NCBI RefSeq assembly: GCF_963921235.1
Contig: NC_086097.1
Coordinates: forward strand, 253,768,001-253,832,000
DNA length: 64,000 bases
Direction: 5' to 3'
Origin: Mobula hypostoma
Taxonomy: Eukaryota
The notes beneath the pieces were generated by a model. The model was not told the origin of the DNA and did not search any database. It was given only the letters and a program-made list of their open reading frames with translations. Position numbers and translations under genes: made by a program. The first letter of the stretch is position 1. Every line of letters begins with the position of its first letter. Positions 25,077-36,603 of the stretch are shown one piece after another.

Positions 25077-25315
25077 TCTGGTAAACTATATATATATATA
25101 TACGTTGTAACTGGGTTACCTGTCTGGACAGGCCCCTCTGCTGACTGCCCCTGTGGCTCCTCCCACAGACCCCTGAATAAAGGTGATTTCGCCCTGCTCC
25201 TCCCCCTCAGTCCAGGGGCAGACACGCAGCATGCTGGAAGTCATATTTTACTGCGAATAAAAGCCTTTCAGTATTTACCCTACTTCAGTCTTTTGGAGTA
25301 ATTGATAGTGCATCA
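25077..25315 (+). repeat. 5' LTR
   Basis: tctggtaaac...gcatca, a direct repeat of 28884-29116; contains (TA)n, a TATA-like box and AATAAA. Confidence 0.92.
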
Positions 25316-25340
25316 ATTTTATTCGCAGTAATTTTAAAGC

Positions 25341-28300
25341 ATGGAACGCTCTCTGAGACCCGCAAACACCTGAAGCTGGAAATGCTTTCGAACTGATTTT
25401 ACCTTAAGTTCGGCAATCGAGCTGGCTGATATGCTGGAGGCCGCTCTGCACAACTCTGAGGCTCTCCAGGCACGTGATCCCCTGACGGCCTCATGGGCGT
25501 CGCAGACCCCGCAACCCACCGACGAATCGACCTCGGTTGCCGCCAGTCGCGAGCCCGTGAAGTGCCACTTCTGCGGACTCGAGAAGCATCCCCGGAAACG
25601 TTACCCGGCCTGACAAGCTACCTACTCCAGCTGCGGAAAGAAGGGCCACTCCACCAAGGTCTGTAAGTCCAAACCACAAGCAGGATCGAGTAGCGCTGTG
25701 TGTAAGACATGGGGGTGGCCATCTTGCCTGCCGCCATCTTCCCTGCACGCCGCCACCACCTGCGAGACATGGGGGTGGCCATCTTGGTCGGCGCCACCTC
25801 CCACCGCCTACGACTAACGAGTGCTCACGGGGCACCCCACCGCGCCGGACCAAGACAGCGACTCAACCCTGGCTTTTGTGACCCTCGACCAAAGCGCTCC
25901 CCACCAGCTCGCAAGGTCAGTGATGGACATCCTGGTGGAGGGGCACAGGACAAGCTGCCTGTTTGACACAGGCAGCACGGAGAGTTTTATCCACCCGGCC
26001 ACGGTGCAGCATTGTGGACTCATGATACGGCCGGTAAGTCGGAGGGTCACCATGGCCTCCAGGTCGCATACAACAGACATCCGGGGGGGTTGTGTAGCGA
26101 CACTAGTGGTGCAGGGCACAGAATATCGGGACTTTACGTTACTGGTCTTGCCTCAACTGTGTGCCCCTGTGCTGTTGGGGTTGGACTTCCAGATCCACCT
26201 GGAAAGCGTGACAATGAAGTATGATGGGCCCCTCCCACCAATTACTGTCATAAATCCCCTGTTTTGTAGAGATATGTCACGTACCCCACTACTGACCACA
26301 CACACACACCGACCCGCACATCCCACCCAACATCATGTCAACTGCCACACTACCGACACCACTTGCGGCCTCTCCACCCTCAGGATCCCTCCCCCACCGC
26401 TGTTTGCCAACCTGAGCCCCGATTGTAAACCTGTGGCAACTAAAAGCAGGAGGTACAGCGCGGGGGACAGAGCTTTTATTAAGTCGGAGGTGCAGCGGCT
26501 GCTCAGGGAGGGGGTCATTGAGGCAAGCACAAGTCCTTGGAGGGCGCAGGTGGTGGTTGTTCGGAACGGGGAGAAGAATAGGATGGTCGTGGACTATAGC
26601 CAGACCATCAATAGGTTCACACAGCTCGACAAGTACCCTCTACCCCGCATCGCGGATATGGTCAATCAGATAGCACAGTACAAGGTGTACTCGACCATAG
26701 ACCTAAAATCCGCTTACCATCAGCTCCCCATCCGCCGGGAGGTCCGCCCTTACACTGCCTTCAAGACGGATGGCAGGCTTTATCTATTCCTGCGCGTCCC
26801 CTTTGGTGTCACGAATGGTGTATCTGTCTTCCAGAGGGCAATGGACCGGATGGTGGACCAGTGCCAACTGAAGGCCACGTTCCCATATCTGGATAACATC
26901 ACCATCTGCGGTCACGATCAGCAGGATCACGACAACTACCTCCAAAAATTTCTCCAAGCGGCCAAAGCTTTCAATCTCACCTATAACGAGGAGAGGTGTG
27001 TGTTCGGAACCACCCAACTTGCTATGCTTGGGTGTGCCATGGAGAACTGAGTCATTGGCCCTGACCCCGACCGTATGCGCCCCCTGTTGGAACTCCCTCT
27101 TCCCAATACCCTCAGAGCCCTCAAAAGGTGCCTGGGCTTCTTTTCATATTACGCCCAATGGGTCTCTAACTACGCAGACAAGGCCCGCCCCCTGGTCAAG
27201 TCCACCACATTCCCCCTCTCAGCCGAGGCCCACGCGGCCTTCAACCACATAAAAGGGGACATTGCCAAAGCAGCAATGCATGCGGTGGATGAGGCCATTC
27301 CCTTCCAAGTAGAGAGTGACGCCTCTGACTTTGCGCTGGCTGCTACCCTCAACCAGGCGGGAAGACCGGTGGCATTCTTCTCCCGTACCCGTCAAGGCCC
27401 TGAAATTCGGCACTCTGCGGTAGAGAAAGAGGCCCAGGCCATAGTGGAAGCTATAAGGCACTGGAGGCACTATCTTGCCGGCAAAAGGTTCACCCTGCTA
27501 ACTGACCAGCGTTCAGTCGCGTTCATGTTTAATAATCAGCAGCGGAGCAAAATCAAAAATGATAAAATTCTGAGGTGGAGAATCGAACTCTCCACCTACA
27601 ACTATGACATCATGTACAGGCCTGGGAAGCTCAACGAGCCCTCCGATGCCCTATCCCGGGGAACATGCGCCAGCGCGCAGGTTGACCGGCTATACGCCCT
27701 ACATGTAGACCTTTGCCACCCAGGAGTCACCCGGCTTTTCCACTTCGTGAAAGCCCGGAACCTGCCTTACTCCCTTGAGGAGATCAGGATGATGACCAGG
27801 GACTGCCAAGTCTGCGCAGAGTGCAAACCGCACTTCTACCGACCCGAAAAGGCACCACTCTTCAAGGCCACCCACCCCTTTGAGTGACTGAGTGTTGACT
27901 TTAAGGGCCCCCTTCCCTCCACCGACCGCAATGTGTACTTTCTTAATGTAATTGACGAGTACTCGCGGTTCCCCTTCGCCATCCCCTGCCCCGACACCAC
28001 TACCACGTCAGTTATAAAAGCCCTGCGCAAGCTCTTCACTCTGTTCAGATACCCATGCTATATCCACAGTGACAGAGGGTCCTCGTTTATGAGTGACAAG
28101 CTGCGCCAATATCTACTGGCTAGGGGAATTGGAACCAGTAGGACCACGAGCTATAATCCCCGGAGGAATGGACAGGTGGGGAAGGAGAATGGCACAGTGT
28201 GGAAAGCCACACTCTTAGCCCTCAGGTCAAAGGGACTGCCGGTCTCCCGCTGGCAGGAGGTCCTTCCCGAGGCACTCCGCTCCATCCACTCCCTGTCATG

Positions 28301-28814
28301 CACAGCCACCAATGCCACCCCTCATGAGCGGCCCTTTTCTTTTCCCAGAAAATCAACCACTGGAACCACCCTACCATCTTGGCTGACGTCCCCGGGGCCA
28401 GTGCTGCTCCGGAAACATGCGAGGAGCAATAAATATTCCCCGATAGTCGAGAGGGTTCACTTACTTCATGCGAACCCCCAGTATGCCTACGTGGTTTTAC
28501 CTGATGGGCTGGAGGACACGGTCTCCATCCGCGACCTGGCGCCCGCAGGAGCTCCGGGCCCCTACCCTGAACACTCCGTGGTGACTATTGACCCCGTACC
28601 CACCAATGTATGTACCTACGAGACACCGTGCACCCCAAACCCTATACAGACACCACACGACACTCCCATACCGGGCGCGACGCACACGCACGAGGGATTA
28701 CCGACGCCTAACGTGCTGGCACCTGAAGTCAGGCCGGAGCCAGCACAACCGCCATCGCTGGTGCTACGTAGATCACAGCGACGGACTCGACCGCCTGATA
28801 GACTTAACCTGTAA
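25341..28814 (+). pseudogene. Single-frame gag-pol with five premature stops
   Basis: Two Zn knuckles (CHFCGLEKH and SSCGKKGHSTKVC), protease LFDTGS, RT IDLKSAYHQ/PFG/YLDN, RNase H ESDAS/EKEA/TDQ, and integrase HHCC with VDF/SDRG. The catalytic E appears as G (NGQVGKEN). All pieces are in one frame. Confidence 0.92.
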
Positions 28815-28865
28815 ATATACTTCTTGTAAATATTGTCAGTCACTTCACCCCGCGGGACTCTTTTT

Positions 28866-28883
28866 AAAAAAAGGAGGGGTGAA
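28866..28883 (+). other. Polypurine tract
   Basis: aaaaaaaggaggggtgaa immediately before the 3' LTR. Confidence 0.8.
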
Positions 28884-29116
28884 TGTGGTAAACCATGTAT
28901 ATATGTTGTAACTGGGTTACCTGTCTGGACACACCCCTCTGCTGACTGCCCCTGTGGCTCCTCCCACAGAGTCCTGTATAAAGGCCATTGGGCCTTGGCT
29001 CCTCCTCTCAGACCAGGGGCAGACACTCAGCATGCTGGAGGTCACATTTTACTGCGAATAAAAGCCTTTCAGTATTTACCCTACTTCAGTCTTTTGGAGT
29101 AATTGAAGGAGCATCA
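28884..29116 (+). repeat. 3' LTR
   Basis: TGtggtaaac...gcatCA with canonical TG/CA ends; contains tataaa and aataaa. Confidence 0.92.
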
Positions 29117-29908
29117 TGGAGGAAACCCACACGGTCACAGGGAGAGCGAACAAACTCCTTACCGAAAGTGCCGGAATTGAACTCTGACCTCCAAAACAAC
29201 CTGTTGTGCTCACCACTGGGTCACCGTTGTACCCAAGTGTAGAGTGTCAGCAAAGACTTAGAAAGATAAATGGGCTTGTGTATATTGAAGCTGTATAAGA
29301 TGTTGGTGAGGCCTAATTTGGAGTTCTGGTCACCTACCTACTGGAAAGATGTCAATAACATTGAAAGAGTGTTTAAAAAAATTACAAATATGTTGCAGGG
29401 ACTTGAGGATCAGGGTTATAGGGAAAGGTGGAACAGGTTAGGAATTTATTACGTGGAATGTGGAAGATTGAGGGGAGATTTGACAGAGGTATACAAAATT
29501 CCAAAGGGTATAGATAGAGTTTATGCAAGCAGACTTTTCTACTGAGGCTGTGTGAGACGACATCTAGATTTGTGAAGGCCAAGAATGCAGAGCGTCAGCA
29601 AGCAATTAGAAAGATGAATGGAATTTTTAAAAGGTATTCATCGTATGAAAACTATATCTTGCTGCATTCACAGTAAGATGAGATCAGATCAGCAGCTTTT
29701 TGTGCAGCTTTGCTCTAATAGAATGTATATAATTTGGAGATGATACAACATAACTCAAAATGTTTCTTTGCCATAAAAGGAGATTTAAGCAGCCTGGCAG
29801 AAGGGGTCTATAGTCACTAGAGTTTGGAAGTCAGATGATCTTATTAAAACAGAGGCATAGGAATGTGGGATTATCTGGTTAGAACTGGGGTTAGGAGACA
29901 TTTCTTTC

Positions 29909-30838
29909 CAAAGGTCAACATACATTTATTATCAAAGTAGGTACATATTATATATCCTTAAGATTCATCTCTTTACTGGTAGCCACAAAATATGAAACTC
30001 GGAAGGACCCATTTTAAAAAAAGACTAACAAATACCTACCCAAAGTGTGTGTGTGGGGGTGGGGGGGAAACACAAATCATGCAAACAATAAAAGAAAGCA
30101 ACAGCATTCAGAATGAAAATGAGTCCATAGACACGAGGCCTAGAGCAGGCCCGCATCTCGGCCTCAGTTCATCACACAGCAGGGCAAGACGTGGCAGAGC
30201 CTACAGACACAAGGCCCGGAGCAGGCCCACAGCCTCGGCTCTAGTTTGTCACACAGTGGAGCAAAATGGGGCAGAGCTCACAGACACGAAGCCTGAAGCA
30301 AGACCACAGCCTGAGCCTCAATGCTGTGGAGAGCATAACAAATGTCACGGGGCAGGGAGCCGAACTTGCCCAACCCTTGCCTTTGGTCCGGACACACTGC
30401 CTTTTCAATTCATCCAGCCGACATTTAAATCATCCAAACATTGGGTCATCCCTCGCACGAGGACCTGGACCCTGTCACATCTATACATTCTGGGCCTGGA
30501 CCCTGGCCCATGTTTCAGCCGTATCCGACCTTTCAAATTGGCTCGTCACCCGGATTGATCCAAACTCGCTCTCCGTTTAAATGGATGGGCTCCGAAACTC
30601 CTCTGCTCCAACTTTTCTCTGCTTGCACCCGCTGACTCCATCTTGACCATGTCTCAACCCCGCTCGGACTTTGTATTGCACCTGCACACTTGACCCTCGA
30701 GTGAGCCTTGCCTTCGCTTGCCTCTTCATTGTTTGTGGTGACTGCTTACCATAATTTTCCATAGAAGAAGTGTTATTGATAAAGTATTTAGTTGTATTTC
30801 TTGCTTTATAAAACACCTGCAAGTTGCCACCCATCTTA
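29909..30838 (-). mobile_element. Non-coding retroposon with internal repeats and an AAGATGG-type 5' end
   Basis: LINE-like tail (caaaggtcaac...tttattatcaaagta) at the left and ccatctt at 30831-30837; repeated agacac..ggcc..gagcaggccc units inside. Confidence 0.45.
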
Positions 30839-33603
30839 AAGCGGAACCCCCAGAGGATTGTATCCGCAATTCCAGGAATCGGAATTGGAATCGGGATCAA
30901 GATCATAATCAGACTCGGAACTGGGAGCAGAATCAGGTTTAAAATTGCTGTCATATGTCGTGAAATTTGCTGTTTTGTGGCAACAGTACAATCCAATATA
31001 TAATAAAATCTATAAACTGCGACATAAATATAAAAATTAAATAGTGCAAAAAGAGATCAAAGAATGAGGTAGTGTTCATGAGTTCCTGGACTAGAGAGAA
31101 ATCTGTTGGTGGAGGGGAAGAAGCTGTTCCTGAAACACTGGGTGTGTCTTCAGGCTGCTGTACCTGCTCCTTGATGGTAGCCATGAGAAGAGGGAATGTC
31201 CTGTGATGACCAGTGCTGATAATTACAATTATTGGCTTCTAGATGGTGAATTTGACAGATGAGAGATAAATCTTCCCTTTGGATATTAAAATAAATGGAG
31301 ACAGAACATTCAAAGTTCAAAATCCTAGAAGCTTAAAGTCAATCTCTTATCAAGGTACATATTTGTCATCATATACAACCTGAGGTTCATTTTCTTGCAG
31401 GTATTCACAGTAAAATAAAGAAATACAACAGAATCAATGAAAAGATGCACACAAACAAAGATAGGCAAACATCCAACATGCAAAAGAAGACAATATAATG
31501 AATAAATAATACCGAGAATACAAGTTGTCAAGTCCTTGAAATTGAGTCTGTACGTCGTAGAGTAATTCAAGAGTTCTGTTAAATGAAGTTATCCACACTG
31601 GTTCTGGAACCTGATGCTTGAGGGATAATAATTCTGCTGGTAAAGAATGGTATCGAATCAGTAGAAAGATGTGACATAGGAAAAGAACATGCTGAATCCT
31701 TGTGGGTTGAGTTTAAGAAACTGCAAGGGTAAAAGGATGCTGATTGCTGTTATATACAGGCCTCCCAACAGGAGGAGGGATGTGGACCACAGATTACAAC
31801 AGCAAATAGAAAAGGCAAGTCAAAAGGGCAATGTTACAATAGTCATGGGAGATTTTAATATGCAGGTCGATTGGGAAAATCAGGTTGATAATGGATCGCA
31901 AGAGAGGGAGTTTGCTGAATACCTACGAAATGTTTTTTTAGAGCAGTTTGTTGTTAAGCCTTCTAGGGGATCAGCTATACCAGACCGGGTGTTATGTAAT
32001 GAACCAGAGGCAATTAGGGAGCTTAAGGTAAAAGAACCCTTGGGAACAGTGATCACAATACGACTGAGTTCAACTTGAAATTTGATAGGGAGAAAGTAAA
32101 GTCTGACATGGTAGTATTTCAGTGGAGTAAGGGAAATTACAGTGGTATGAGAGAGGAGCTGGCCAAAATAGATTGGAAGGAACTGCTGGTAGGGATGACA
32201 GCAGAGCGGTAATGGCGTGAGTTTCTGGGGAAAATGAGGAAGGTGCAGGATAGATGTATTCCAAAAACAAAGAAATACTCAGATTGTAAAATAGTACAAC
32301 CTTGGCTAACAAGGGAAGTCAAAGCTAACGTAAAAGCAAAAGAGAGGGCACACAACAAAGCAAAATTTAGCAGGAAGATAAAGGACTAGGCAGCTTTTAC
32401 AAACCTACAGAGAGCAACTAAAAGAATCATTAGGAGGGAAATGAAATATGAAAGCAAGCTACCAAACAATATAAAAGTGGATAGTAAAAGCTCTTTGAAG
32501 TATGTTTTTTGAAAAAACAAACAAAAAAGAGAGATGAGAGTGGATACAGGATCACTAGAAAATGAGGCCAGAGAAATACTAACAGTGGACAAGGAGATGG
32601 CTGATGAACTAAATAAGTATTTTGTGTCGGTCTTCACTGTGGAAGACACTATCAGTTTGCTGGGTGTTGAAGGGTGTGAGGGAAGAGAAGTGAGTGCAGT
32701 TACAAGGGAGAAGGTGCTCAAAAAGCTGAAAGACCCAAGGGTACATAGGGCACCTGGATCAGATGAACTGTACCCTAGGGTTCTGAAAGGATTCTACAGG
32801 CATTAGTAATGATCTTTCAAAAATCATTGGACTCTGGCATGGTGCCACAGAGGACTGGATAATTGTAAAGAAAGGAGGAAGGCAGCAGAAAGGAAATTAT
32901 AGACCAGTTAGCCAGACCTCAGTGGTTGGGAAGATGCTGGAATCAATTGTTAAGGATGAGGTTATGGAGTACTTGGTGACACAGGACAAGACAGGACAAA
33001 GTCAGTATGGTTTCCTTAAGGGAATATCTTGCCGGACAAATCTGTTGGAATTTTTTGAGGAGATTACAAGTAGGATGGATAATGGGGATGCAGTGGATGT
33101 TCTATATTTGGACTTTCAGGAGGCATTTGACAAGGTGCCACACATGAGGCTGTTTACCAAGTTAAGAGCCCATGGTATTACAGGAAAGTTACTGGCATGG
33201 TTAGAGCATTAGCTGATTGGTAGGAGGCAGCACATGGGAATTTCTTCAGCCAGAGGGTGATGAATTTGTGAAATTTGTTACCATAGGCAGTTGAGGAGGC
33301 CAGATCATTGGTATATTTAAGGCAGAGGTTAATAGGTTCTTGATTAGACATGGCACAAAAGGCTACAGGGAGAGACTGAGGAGGGGAAAAGGATCAGTCA
33401 TGATTGAATGGTGGAGCAGACTTGGGCTGAATTGACTAATTCTGTTCCTATGTCTTATGGAATAAAAGGATTCTTTTCTGGTTGGCTGCCAGTGACTAGT
33501 GGTGTTCCTCAGGGGAAGGAGTTGGGATTGCTTCTTTATATGCTGTATATCAATGATTTAGAAGATGCAATAGATGGTTTTTTTGCCAAGTTTGCGAATG
33601 ATA

Positions 33604-34547
33604 TAGAAACATAGAAAACCTACAGCACAATATAGGCCTTTCGGCCCAAAGCTGTGCCAAACATGTCCTTACCTCAGAAGTTACCTTGGGTTACCCAAAG
33701 CTTTATATTTTTCTGAGCTCCATGTACCTGTCCAGGAGAGTCTTAAAAGACCCTATCGTATCTGCCTCCACCACTGCCGCCGGCAGCCCATTCCACACAC
33801 TCACCACACTCTGCGTAAAAAACTTACCCCTGACATCTCCTCTGTACCTACTTCCAAGCACCTTAAAACTGTGGCCTCTCATGTAAAGCCATTTCAGCCC
33901 TGGGAAAAAGCCTCTGATGATCCACACAATCAATGCCTCTCATCATCTTATACACCTCTATCAGGTCACCTCTTATCCTCCGTCACTCCAAGGAGAAAAG
34001 GCTGAGTTCACTCAACCTATTCTCATAAGGCATGCTCCCCAATTCAAGCAACATCCTTGTAAATCTCCTCTGCACCCTTTCTATGGTTTCCACATCCTTC
34101 CTGTAGTGAGGCGACCAGAACAGAGTACAGTACTCCAAGTGGGGTCTGACCAGGGTCCTGCAAAATTACCTCTCGGCTCCTAAACTCAATCCCATTATTG
34201 ATGAAGGCCAATGCACCGTATGCCTTCTTAACCATAGAGTCAACCTGTGTAGCAGCTTTGAGTGTCCTATGGACTCGGATCCCAAGGTCCCTCTGATCCT
34301 CCACACTGACAAGAGTCTTACCATTAATACTCATTCTGCCATCATATTTGACCTACCAAAATGAACCACCTCACACTTATCTGCGTTGAACTCCATCTGC
34401 CACTTCTCAGCCCAGTTTTACATCCTATTGATGTCCCACTGTAACCTCTGACAGCCCTCCACACTATCCACAACACCCCCAACCTCTGTGTCATCAGCAA
34501 ATTTACTAACCCACCCCTCCACTTCCTCATCCAGATCATTTATAAAA
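33604..34547 (-). mobile_element. CR1 LINE 3' fragment nested in another CR1
   Basis: SKFADDTEVGG motif and tagaaacatagaaaacc tail; same subfamily as 2409-4522. Confidence 0.9.
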
Positions 34548-34940
34548 CTCAAAGATGACATGTAGATTGATGGAGGGGCAGGTAGTGTTGAGGAAATGGG
34601 TAGGATGCAGAAGGACTTAGACAGATTAGGAGAATGGACGAGAGAGTGGCAAATGAAATACAATGTTGGAAAATGCATGATCATGCACTTTGGTAGTAGA
34701 AATAAATGTGCAGACTATTTTCTAAATTGGGAGAAAATCCAAAAATCTGAGATGCACGACTCGTGTTCTCGGTATTATTTAGTTATTATATTGTCTTCTT
34801 TTGCATGTTGGACATTTGTCTATCTTTGTTTGTGTGCATCTTTTCATTGAATCTATTGTATTTCTTTATTTTACTGTGAATACCCGCAGAAAAATGAATC
34901 TCAGGTTGTATATGATGACGAACATGTACCTTGATAAGAG

Positions 34941-35035
34941 CAACACATGTAAAAGTAGCTGGTGAACACGGCAGGCCAGGCAGCATCTCTAGGAAGAGGT
35001 ACAGTCAACGTTTCGGGCCGAGACCCTTCGTCAGG
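34941..35035 (-). mobile_element. Penelope pLTR mini-insertion with 13-bp TSD
   Basis: TSD accttgataagag at 34928-34940 and 35036-35048; reverse complement matches 18221-18320. Confidence 0.88.
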
Positions 35036-35037
35036 AC
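35002..35037 (-). ncRNA. Minimal hammerhead ribozyme
   Basis: Minus strand reads GTC-CTGACGA-A-GGGT CTCG GCCC-GAAA-C-GTT-GACTG. Confidence 0.75.
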
Positions 35038-35809
35038 CTTGATAAGAGATTGACTTTAAACTTCTGACATTTTGAACTTTGAATGTTCTCTCTTCATTTA
35101 TTTTAATCATTGTGCAGACACCCTAAAGGTTAACTCGCAGGTTGAGTTGGTGGTGAGGAAGGCAAATGCCATGTTAGCATCCATTTCAAGTCTAGAAGAC
35201 AAGAGCAGGAATGTGATGCTGAGGCTTTATGATGTATTGGAGAGGCCTCACCTTGCGTATTGTGAACAGTTTTGGGCTCATCATAGAAGAAAAGATGTGT
35301 TGGCATTTGAGAGGGTTCAGGGGAGGTTCACAATGATGATTCTGGGTATGAAATGGTTATCATATGAGGAACATTTGATAGCTCTGGGTCTGTACTTGCT
35401 GGAATTTAGGTGGTTAAGGGTGGATTTCATTGAAACCCTTCAAATATTGAAAGGCCTAGACAGGTGGCATGGAAAGGATGTTTCCCATGGTGGGGGGGGG
35501 GGTGGTCTTGGAGAAGGGGGCACAGCCTTGGGATAGAGGGGCGTCCATTTAAAACAGAGATGTGAAGAAATTTCATGAGCCAGAGGGTGGTGAATTTGTA
35601 GAATTTATTACCACGTGCACCTGTGGAGGTCCCCATCAGGTGTACTTAAGGCAGAGATCGATAGGTTTCTGATTGGACGTGGCATCAAAGGTTACAGGGA
35701 GTGGGGTTGAGGAGGAGGAGAAAAGGATCAGCCATGATTGAATGGTGGAGCAGACCTGATGGGCCAAATGGCCTAATTCTGCCCCTATGTCTTCTGGTCT
35801 TATGGTCGC

Positions 35810-36603
35810 CCTCTCTAAAGCTTCCACATTTTTCTTATAAATTTCCTCTTTACTGTTTCAGTGTTATTTACAGCTTTCCTGCAGCCAGGTGATGAAAACT
35901 ATATGCAATACTCCAAATTAGGCCTCACCAACATCTGTACAAATTCAACTTAACATCCCATCTCCTGTACTCAATACATTGACTTGTGAGGGCCAATGTC
36001 CCAAAAGCATTTTCTCCGACCCTATCTACCTGTGACGCCACTTTCAATGAATTATGGACCTGTATTCCCAGATCTCTTTGTTCGACCACACTCCTCAGTG
36101 TCCTACCATTCACTGTGTAAGACCTATCCTGGTTGGTCCTACCAAAGTGTAAGATCTTACGCTTGTCTGCTCTAAATTCTGTCTGCCTTTTTTTTTACTT
36201 TTAAGCCCTTTTTTTCCAGCTGGTCCATATCCTGCTGCAAGTTCTGATGGTCTTCCTCGCTATCTACTACAGCCCCGATCTTGGTGTCATCTGCACATTT
36301 CCTGATCCAGTTAATCGCATTATCATCCAGATCATTGATATAGATGACAAACAAGAATGGACCCAGCATGGATCCCTGTGGCACTCCGCTAGTCACAGGC
36401 CTCCAGTCAGCCAGGCAATTCTCTACTATCACTCTCTGACTTTCCCCACAATGTCAATATCAAATCCAATTTGTTACCTCATCTTGAATGCCAAGTAACT
36501 GAACCTTCTTGACCAACCTCCCTGACCAACCTTCCTGACCTACCTGCCTAAACAACCTCCCATGTAGGACGTTATCAAATGCCCTAGTAAACATCCGCTG
36601 CCT
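35810..36603 (-). mobile_element. Older CR1 RT fragment
   Basis: VPQGSMLGPFLFVIYINDLD...KCADDTKIG motif. Confidence 0.8.

Larger units (their letters stand above)
25077..29116 (+). mobile_element. Mag-like Ty3/Gypsy LTR retrotransposon, LTR to LTR, defective
   Basis: Two LTRs of about 235 bp, gag-PR-RT-RH-IN order, a PPT, and a 5-bp TSD cagag/tggag. Confidence 0.95.
24915..29235 (-). mobile_element. V-domain tRNA SINE split in two (24915-25076 and 29117-29235) by the Gypsy element
   Basis: Joined halves read gggaggaaactggggcaccc|ggaggaaacccacacggtcacagggagagcgaacaaac (antisense V domain) with B box ggaattgaactc. An unsplit relative lies at 42212-42480. Confidence 0.75.
31635..35810 (+). mobile_element. 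CR1 LINE ORF2 (EN plus RT) and 3' UTR, interrupted by several insertions
   Basis: VIYRPPN...MGDFNMQVDW (EN), QYGFLKG, LDFQEAFDKVPH, KFAND and RPHLAYCEQFW; inserts at about 33240-33460, 33604-34547 and 34756-35107. Confidence 0.9.

Noticed and set aside
29992..30558. 188-aa ORF
   Set aside because: It lies antisense within a non-coding repeat, begins in a GT/G run, and has no protein motif.
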